The position numbers and the translations under genes were made by a program. Below are positions 1 to 5,081 of a stretch of 64,000 nucleotides of DNA, in pieces; position 1 is the first letter of the stretch, and each line of letters begins with the position of its first letter. Source of the stretch: a virus. Lineage: Duplodnaviria > Caudoviricetes. The notes beneath the pieces are model-generated. The model saw only the letters and a program-made list of their open reading frames with translations. It had not been told where the DNA came from and did not search any database. The stretch is taken from positions 64,001 to 128,000 of the IMG/VR virus record IMGVR_UViG_3300020576_006930. One strand, given 5' to 3'.

Positions 1-59
1 CTTAGGTTCACGGCGAAAGCGAAAACATCGCTGACGCATTCATTTTATTTCCCCCCCTT

Positions 60-135
60 GGCCTGTTAGCTCAATTGGTAGAGCACGACTCTCTAAAAGT
101 TTTTGTTGCGGGTTCGAGCCCCGCACAGGCCTCCA
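60..135 (+). tRNA. tRNA-Sup (anticodon CUA, amber suppressor)
   Basis: GGCCTGT/ACAGGCC acceptor, GCTC/GAGC D-stem, anticodon loop CT-CTA-AA, GCGGG-TTCGAGC-CCCGC T-arm, discriminator T, encoded CCA; 76 nt. Confidence 0.9.
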
Positions 136-140
136 TTTTC

Positions 141-195
141 GGGCGCAATAACAATTTACTTGTTTCTCTAGGTGTGAGTCCTAGTGCGCCCACCA
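141..195 (+). ncRNA. Minimal tRNA-like RNA (acceptor stem + T-arm, no D-arm)
   Basis: GGGCGCA/TGCGCCC-A-CCA, CTAGG-TGTGAGT-CCTAG; only a short AACAA/TTGTT hairpin in between; 55 nt. Confidence 0.7.
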
Positions 196-200
196 TTTTC

Positions 201-390
201 GCGAAGGTATCCATAATGAAGGGCATGGATCCGGTTAGTAGGTTTCATACATCAAGCGCTTGGTGTTTTGAAGGAACCCCGGTGAAGTGTGCGATGGAAG
301 CAAATCCCTATTGGCTTCCCGTCGGTGACGACGAATGGAGCTACAACGCAAGTTGTAGACATGCGGGTTTAAGTCCCGCCCCGAGCACCA
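201..390 (+). ncRNA. Expanded tRNA-like RNA (Leu-like ends, extra arms)
   Basis: 3' GCGGG-TTTAAGT-CCCGC T-arm, CCCGAGC-A-CCA; 5' GCGAAGG-TA-TCCAT..ATGGA D-like arm; three additional hairpins; acceptor stem imperfect. Confidence 0.55.
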
Positions 391-395
391 ATTTT

Positions 396-594
396 GCCGG
401 TGTAGCTCAACTGGATGACGAACTGGGGTAAGAAAGAGTATGGCTTGACCCGTTTCACACCCTGCAGGAAGGTGAACGGCAATAGCCAAAAGATATTTTA
501 CTCAGTAGTAGTCAGATGTGAAAACATTAGAGAGCCAATCGTTGGAACCAATACGGTTGGTTGGTTGGAGGTTCAAATCCTCCCGCCGGCGTCA
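396..594 (+). ncRNA. tRNA-like RNA with ~113-nt D-loop insert
   Basis: GCCGGTG/CGCCGGC acceptor; D-stem GCTC(405-408)/GAGC(532-535) split by a long hairpin; GGAGG-TTCAAAT-CCTCC T-arm; anticodon loop non-canonical. Confidence 0.75.
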
Positions 595-600
595 ATTTAT

Positions 601-703
601 AACAGCGTATCGAATTGTAAAACGAAAGGCAGAGTTCGACTCTATTAGCAAGTCCTGTAGCGTGCTAACTACTTTGTGGGTTTGATTCCTACCGCTGTTA
701 CCA
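601..703 (+). ncRNA. tRNA-like RNA with enlarged D and anticodon loops
   Basis: AACAGCG/CGCTGTT-A-CCA, TCGAA/TTCGA arm, TTAGCA/TGCTAA arm with 12-nt loop, GTGGG-TTTGATT-CCTAC T-arm. Confidence 0.65.
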
Positions 704-709
704 ATTTAT

Positions 710-888
710 ACGGGGTTAGCTCAGTGGTAATGTGAAAGCAAAAATAACGATAGGGTTAGAAGCTAGACTATAATCCGAAAATAATTCGCGGGAGTAGCAT
801 TTATGTATCGTTGGATGACGGTCTTACGATCAAGAGCAACGGACTAATAATCCGTGGGTCGCTGGTTCGAATCCATCACCCCGTACCA
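710..888 (+). tRNA. tRNA-Ile(AAU) with ~104-nt D-loop insert
   Basis: ACGGGGT/ACCCCGT-A-CCA; GCTC-AGTGGTA-[730-833]-GAGC; ACGGA-CT-AAT-AA-TCCGT; TTCGAAT T-loop. Confidence 0.8.
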
Positions 889-894
889 ATTTAT

Positions 895-1045
895 GGGTAG
901 GACGATGAGCGCCGTGAGAGTCGGCAGGAAAGACGTAGTGGAAGGTGGGGATGTAGTAATGGAAGTGTACATCACCAAAATGAGATAACCATTGAGTAAC
1001 TACGTTGAGTATAAAACTTTGGTTCGAGTCCGAAGCTACCCACCA
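895..1045 (+). ncRNA. tRNA-like RNA, anticodon arm replaced by long hairpin
   Basis: GGGTAG/CTACCC-A-CCA, TTTGG-TTCGAGT-CCGAA T-arm, GCCG/CGGC hairpin, ACGTAGT..ACTACGT long stem. Confidence 0.65.
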
Positions 1046-1051
1046 ATTTAT

Positions 1052-1193
1052 GGAGTTATAGCTCAGTGAGCCAAACGAATGGGGCATGAGTAGAATGTGA
1101 GGCTAACATTTGAAAGTTCTCGGTAGGGAGGCATAGTAGAGCGTCGGATTTTAGATCCGAAGGTCGGTGGGTAAATACCACTTAGCTCCACCA
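1052..1193 (+). tRNA. tRNA with UUA (ochre) anticodon and 67-nt D-loop insert
   Basis: GGAGTTA/TAGCTCC-A-CCA; GCTC-AGTG-[1069-1135]-GTA-GAGC; TCGGA-TT-TTA-GA-TCCGA; T-loop GTAAATA deviant. Confidence 0.75.
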
Positions 1194-1199
1194 ATTTAT

Positions 1200-1275
1200 G
1201 GACAATGCTACATGGAAGATGGGTCGCGCTCAAAGCCATGTGGGTTTCGTGGTGAAAATCCACCTCTGTCCACCA
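1200..1275 (+). ncRNA. Degenerate tRNA-like RNA
   Basis: GGACA/TGTCC-A-CCA, GTGG-TGAAAAT-CCAC T-like arm, one long CTACATGG/CCATGTGG hairpin in place of D and anticodon arms. Confidence 0.5.
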
Positions 1276-1392
1276 ATTTACCTGTAAGGGAAACACCTTA
1301 TTGATAACCACTGCGATTTAACCTACACTATAATCATAGAATGAAATGATGTGGTTGAAACGACTACGGTTCATTTTTAAGAATGGAATAAT

Positions 1393-1512
1393 ATGTTAAA
1401 TATATCTACATTGGGTGCGGTTTTTCTGAGCGGCGGTTCTGGTTTATATCTAGGCGGCGGTTTGGGTTTGATACTACTAATAATAGTAATCGTTGTATTG
1501 TTTCGTAGATAA
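1393..1512 (+). CDS. Small single-pass membrane peptide (39 aa)
   Basis: Below ORF-track cutoff: MLNISTLGAVFLSGGSGLYLGGGLGLILLIIVIVVLFRR; Gly-rich then hydrophobic helix then RR. Confidence 0.6.
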   Translation: MLNISTLGAVFLSGGSGLYLGGGLGLILLIIVIVVLFRR

Positions 1513-1532
1513 TTATATACAGACACTTTCTT

Positions 1533-1676
1533 GACAACGTGGCGGAATGTAAATACGCACCTATCGATGGGTGAAGTGGGCCTAGAGGCAAGGCGAAAAG
1601 CGGTGACGCTCCGAGCCAATGTGGTGTCGAACCCGATAAGCTTCACAAATTGCAGGTTCAAATCCTGCCGTTGTCG
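1533..1676 (+). ncRNA. tRNA(Leu)-like RNA with ~90-nt insert in anticodon/variable region
   Basis: GACAACG/CGTTGTC acceptor, TGGCGGAAT..ACGC Leu-type D-arm, GCAGG-TTCAAAT-CCTGC T-arm; no encoded CCA. Confidence 0.7.
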
Positions 1677-1701
1677 TCTTCTTCAAAAAATAAATTAAGA
1701 C

Positions 1702-1730
1702 TTGACCTTTTTACAAAAATGTGAGATACT
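1702..1730 (+). promoter_or_regulatory. sigma70-type promoter
   Basis: TTGACC ... GATACT at about 17-nt spacing, upstream of the ncRNA/tRNA block. Confidence 0.5.
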
Positions 1731-1761
1731 TATCTCCAGATGGAGGTGAGGAACCTCTATT

Positions 1762-1966
1762 CGGTAAGATACGCACAGCAAAAAATAAAAAATAATACAA
1801 GCAAACAACCAAATAACCTATCAATTGGTCATTGGTAAGTTGGTCGAAAGCCAACTCTAAAAAAGTTTTCCGTGATGTAGCGAACACGTAACCTGAATGC
1901 TCGGAGTTGGTGCGTCCGTCAAAACATAACCCGGAGACAACCGTATAATCCGTATCTAGTAAACCG
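1762..1966 (+). ncRNA. Structured ncRNA of unknown class
   Basis: Terminal helix CGGT-A-AGATACG / CGTATCT..ACCG enclosing ACAGCAA and several hairpins (e.g. AGTTGGT-CGAAA-GCCAACT); no ORF. Confidence 0.5.
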
Positions 1967-2040
1967 CGAGTTTAGCTCAGTGGAAGAGCGTTTGATTTAC
2001 ACTCAAAATGTCGGGGGTTCAATCCCCTCAACTCGCACCA
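1966..2040 (+). tRNA. tRNA-Val(UAC)
   Basis: Full cloverleaf, loop TT-TAC-AC, CCA. Confidence 0.95.
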
Positions 2041-2046
2041 ATTTAT

Positions 2047-2124
2047 CACTCCGTCGCCTAGCTTGGTATGGCACTTGCTTTGGGAGCAAGCACAACGTCG
2101 GTTCAAATCCGACCGGGGTGACCA
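2047..2124 (+). tRNA. tRNA-Pro(UGG)
   Basis: Full cloverleaf, loop TT-TGG-GA, CCA. Confidence 0.95.
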
Positions 2125-2134
2125 AAATTCCAAT

Positions 2135-2209
2135 GGGGTCATCTGTATAATGGTAGTACGGCAGCTTTGCAAGCTGTAGGCCGGGGTTCGACTCCCCGTG
2201 GCTCCACCA
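2135..2209 (+). tRNA. tRNA-Ala(UGC)
   Basis: Cloverleaf, G3:U70, loop TT-TGC-AA, CCA. Confidence 0.95.
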
Positions 2210-2213
2210 ATTT

Positions 2214-2372
2214 ATGACGAAGAAGAATAGTCGTAAAATTTTAGAGTTGTTGGAAGAAATGAAAGTCTGTAATAGTTTTCGATCTGCTCGCATTGCCATT
2301 GTCATTAATCGGATGTTGCATCGTTATTACAAACCAACACCAGAACCAACAGATAGAAAACGATTTAATTAA
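2214..2372 (+). CDS. Hypothetical protein (52 aa)
   Basis: ATG..TAA frame exactly fills the gap between two tRNAs. Confidence 0.5.
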   Translation: MTKKNSRKILELLEEMKVCNSFRSARIAIVINRMLHRYYKPTPEPTDRKRFN

Positions 2373-2450
2373 GGTGCTTTAGACCAACTGGCAGGAGTCG
2401 TTGCCCTGAGAAGGCAAAATGTATCGGTTCAAATCCGTTAGGCACCACCA
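2373..2450 (+). tRNA. tRNA-Leu(GAG) with short variable loop
   Basis: GGTGCTT/AGGCACC-A-CCA, TTGCC-CT-GAG-AA-GGCAA; no long variable arm. Confidence 0.85.
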
Positions 2451-2454
2451 AAAT

Positions 2455-2637
2455 ATGCGTCGGCAAACGGTAAAAATGTCAGGTTTTGACCCTTGCGGCC
2501 AAAAGCGGTTTTTTTCTTCTAAAAATGAGGCTTGGAAAGAAGCCGAACGGCAAGCTAGAGAGAGTGCCGGAGCCGTTTTTAAAAAACCATACCGCTGCAA
2601 GTATTGTAAGGGATTTCATTTTACCTCTGTGGATTAG
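2455..2637 (+). CDS. Small Zn-binding phage protein
   Basis: C..KRFFSS..EA...PYRCKYCKGFHFTS motif; the only TAG-terminated gene seen. Confidence 0.7.
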   Translation: MRRQTVKMSGFDPCGQKRFFSSKNEAWKEAERQARESAGAVFKKPYRCKYCKGFHFTSVD

Positions 2638-2652
2638 GTCGATATTATTATA

Positions 2653-2681
2653 TTGACAAACCACCGCTGATCTGATATTAT
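2653..2681 (+). promoter_or_regulatory. sigma70 promoter for RNase P RNA
   Basis: TTGACA-N17-TATTAT. Confidence 0.8.
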
Positions 2682-2692
2682 ATAGGCTGAAA

Positions 2693-3004
2693 GTTTGTCG
2701 TAAGTGACTCTACGCTGGGGAGAAATCCTTAGAGGAAGTTCGCTGGTGAATAGCAGATATGGGAGAATCATCCTGAGCCCTTGTAAAACTCGGATAAGTT
2801 CAGCAGGAAGGGCGAAATAAAGGGGTTTTAGAATAAGCCTGTGATTCGTTTGAACCAAAAATTATCACTAATCCTAAATTGTCAAAGAGTAGTGCTACTC
2901 ATTGTAAAGACAAGGTTGGAGCAGTTACCCTTAACGGGTGACCAGTCGCAAGACTGAGATAAATGTAGGGATAAAACAGGACAGCGGCTACGGCTGCGGC
3001 AAAC
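2693..3004 (+). ncRNA. rnpB: RNase P RNA (divergent, phage-encoded)
   Basis: P1 GTTTGTCGTA/TGCGGCAAAC, P2 CTCTAC/GTAGGG, CR-I GAGGAAGTTCGCTG pairing with CR-V ACAGGACAGCGGCTA (P4), P18 CAGTC-GCAA-GACTG followed by AGATAAATG. Confidence 0.85.
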
Positions 3005-3070
3005 ATCTTGTATAGGTTTTAACAGAACCTTTAGTGACAAGCTGTCGTGAATAACTATAAATCTGTTAAT

Positions 3071-3144
3071 GGGGCTATAGTATAATGGTATCACATTTCC
3101 CTCGCACGGAAAAAATTCCGGTTCGATCCCGGATAGCTCCACCA
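3071..3144 (+). tRNA. tRNA-Ala(CGC)
   Basis: Cloverleaf, G3:U70, loop CT-CGC-AC, CCA. Confidence 0.95.
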
Positions 3145-3148
3145 ATTT

Positions 3149-3367
3149 ATGTTTATCAAAACAAAACTAACAGTGGAAGTTGAAGTCGAGACCCAATTCG
3201 GACCCGCCGATGCTGTAAATTTGATTGAAAATTTGACACGTCATGTTTCCGCTGTGAAATCGATGAAAATAGTTGGGATTAAAACTGACTATGAATATTC
3301 TGATAAGTTTCCTGATGATTTGAATTTTAAAGCGATAAATAATATCCCTTACATTATTAAGGATTGA
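3149..3367 (+). CDS. Hypothetical protein
   Basis: 72-aa ORF between tRNAs. Confidence 0.6.
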   Translation: MFIKTKLTVEVEVETQFGPADAVNLIENLTRHVSAVKSMKIVGIKTDYEYSDKFPDDLNFKAINNIPYIIKD

Positions 3368-3391
3368 CTTTTTTCTTTTATCGCCTATAAT
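3364..3391 (+). promoter_or_regulatory. sigma70 promoter
   Basis: TTGACT-N16-TATAAT upstream of the tRNA block. Confidence 0.7.
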
Positions 3392-3407
3392 TATAGGCAG
3401 TTAGTAT

Positions 3408-3495
3408 CGCGGGAACAGGCCGGAAGATGCCATCGACGCTCATAACGTCGGTCTGAAAAGACTATGGTTGGTGTAACTCCAACTCTCCGCAACCA
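3408..3495 (+). tRNA. tRNA-Met(CAU), initiator-like, with long variable arm
   Basis: CGCGGG..CCGCA-ACCA with C1:A72 mismatch, loop CT-CAT-AA, extra GGTCT-GAAA-AGACT arm, atypical D-arm and T-loop. Confidence 0.7.
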
Positions 3496-3501
3496 ATTTT
3501 T

Positions 3502-3575
3502 GGGGTCATAGTATAATGGTATTACATCAGGCTGGCAGTCTGGTCATCAGAGTTCGATTCTCTGTGGCTCCACCA
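3502..3575 (+). tRNA. tRNA-Ala(GGC)
   Basis: Cloverleaf, G3:U70, loop CT-GGC-AG, CCA. Confidence 0.95.
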
Positions 3576-3584
3576 TTTTTATAT

Positions 3585-3658
3585 TGGGGATTGTTGTAAT
3601 GGAAGCAAAGTGCTCTCTGAAAGCAAAGGCGGTGGATCGATACCACCATCCCCAGCCA
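3585..3658 (+). tRNA. tRNA-Gln(CUG)
   Basis: TGGGGAT/ATCCCCA-G-CCA, loop CT-CTG-AA. Confidence 0.9.
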
Positions 3659-3661
3659 GTT

Positions 3662-3819
3662 TGTAACGGGCACGGTAAACATTCGGCGTCGTAAAGGATA
3701 CCAGCGCCAAAAACATCGGCAATAAGTAGGTTGTTAAGTTCAACTGAAGACGGTGGCAGGTTATCTCCGGCCTAAAGCGGAGTATGAGTTGGATATATTC
3801 CAACCCGTTGTTCGTTACA
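3662..3819 (+). ncRNA. Structured multi-branch ncRNA
   Basis: Long closing stem TGTAACGGGCACGG/CCGTTGTTCGTTACA enclosing four hairpins, the last T-arm-like (GTTGGA-TATAT-TCCAAC). Confidence 0.6.
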
Positions 3820-3822
3820 TTT

Positions 3823-3910
3823 GGAAGGTTGCCAGACCGGTAATGGCTCAGCTTGGAAAGCTGATGGCTCCGTAACAGGAGAACAGGTTCAATTCCTGTA
3901 CCTTCCGCCA
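3823..3910 (+). tRNA. tRNA-Ser(GGA)
   Basis: Cloverleaf with long variable arm, G73, CCA. Confidence 0.95.
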
Positions 3911-3928
3911 ATTTGTAGTGGTAATTTT

Positions 3929-4016
3929 GGAAGGTTGGCTGAGTGGTAAAGCAATAGTTTCGAAAGCTATAGTCTCCGTAACAGGAGCGGGGGTTCGATC
4001 CCCTCACCTTCCGCCA
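3929..4016 (+). tRNA. tRNA-Ser(CGA)
   Basis: Cloverleaf with long variable arm, G73, CCA. Confidence 0.95.
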
Positions 4017-4021
4017 TTTTA

Positions 4022-4375
4022 ATGAAAAAATTACTAACCATTTCTTTTTTGATGATTATAACGTTCGTGGTTATGTCATCCAACGTCTTTGTCAATTGGG
4101 ATCACAGCGGCCTTCCTGATACCGTTTCGGGGTATAACATCTACTACGGGCCAAGTAATCATTACTATACCAATTTCGTAACCGTCGGTTATGTAACGAA
4201 TGTGGTTATTTCCAACATTCCAACCCCCGCTTATTTCTCAGGAAAAACCATTGCGCCGGATGGTTCGGAGTCGGCTTTCGGCAATGAGATTCGTTCCACT
4301 CCAATCCCAGCTAATACCTTACCCAGTATGGTTAGAGATTTTAGCATAAGCAAAGTCGCCGTAACTATTTATTGA
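4022..4375 (+). CDS. Secreted fibronectin type III domain protein
   Basis: MKK-hydrophobic signal peptide; WD..SGYNIYYG..ESAFGNE FN3 pattern. Confidence 0.8.
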   Translation: MKKLLTISFLMIITFVVMSSNVFVNWDHSGLPDTVSGYNIYYGPSNHYYTNFVTVGYVTNVVISNIPTPAYFSGKTIAPDGSESAFGNEIRSTPIPANTLPSMVRDFSISKVAVTIY

Positions 4376-4376
4376 T

Positions 4377-4733
4377 ATGAAGAAATTATTTTATGTTTTT
4401 GGTATATTGTTAATCGTGGCTGTCGCCATTGCGCAAACAGCTACTTACGATCTTTGGCTTACTTGGACGCCTAATCCGCCCCAGGAATTAGTCAGTGGTT
4501 ATCGTATTGAATATCAGAAAGCGCCTGTGGTTAATGCGTGGACATATTTTACGTGGGTACCGTCTTCAACGAACGGGATTGTAATCAAAAATCTTTCTCC
4601 GGGATATGTCTACAAATTCCGTGCCTTTGCTGTCAATGCGATAGGTGTCGGCACAAATCTTTCCAGCGTGGTTCAAATCCCAACTGAAATTCCCGGTTCC
4701 GTAATTAATTTTTCAAACAAAACCTCCCTTTAA
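4377..4733 (+). CDS. Secreted fibronectin type III domain protein
   Basis: Signal peptide; LTW..P..GYRIEY..NLSPG..YKFRAFAVNAIG. Confidence 0.85.
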   Translation: MKKLFYVFGILLIVAVAIAQTATYDLWLTWTPNPPQELVSGYRIEYQKAPVVNAWTYFTWVPSSTNGIVIKNLSPGYVYKFRAFAVNAIGVGTNLSSVVQIPTEIPGSVINFSNKTSL

Positions 4734-4749
4734 TTGTTAAAAACAAGTT

Positions 4750-5037
4750 ATGTCTTCACCAAAAAGTTCTCTCTGTAGTTTAACGGTTGAAATTCAAAAC
4801 GAAATGGGCTTACACGCACGTCCCTCTGCGTCATTCGTCAAGGCAGCGAATGAGTTTAAGTCAGATATTTTCGTTGAAGTCGATGGGGAAAAGGTTAATG
4901 GTAAGAGCATCGTCGGACTATTAACCTTGGGCGCCGCGTGCGGAACCAAATTGACGATTTCCGCTGACGGGCCTGATGCTTTAGACGCATTAAAAAATCT
5001 TGAATCGTTAGTCAATAATAAGTTCAATGGGGTTTAA
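4750..5037 (+). CDS. ptsH: PTS phosphocarrier protein HPr
   Basis: GLHARP (His15) and VNGKSI (Ser46) motifs, 95 aa. Confidence 0.95.
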   Translation: MSSPKSSLCSLTVEIQNEMGLHARPSASFVKAANEFKSDIFVEVDGEKVNGKSIVGLLTLGAACGTKLTISADGPDALDALKNLESLVNNKFNGV

Positions 5038-5081
5038 ATTAAATTGAGTATCTATTGGAAATAGACTACACTCTCTTTACT

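Noticed and set aside
1-45. Possible 3' end of another structured RNA
   Set aside because: Truncated by the window edge; cannot be assigned
60-135. Pyrrolysine tRNA (CUCUAAA loop)
   Set aside because: Canonical D-loop, TTC T-loop and normal spacing; lacks tRNA-Pyl features and no pyl genes are in the window
895-1045. tmRNA
   Set aside because: Too short, no G3:U70, no tag reading frame
396-1676. Group I/II introns in tRNAs
   Set aside because: Inserts are only 67-115 nt and show no P7 or domain V motifs
75-4007. Tracked ORFs overlapping the tRNA/ncRNA array (e.g. 75-431, 830-1087, 1063-1311, 2003-2305, 2882-3145, 3579-4007)
   Set aside because: Shadow translations of RNA genes with no protein motifs
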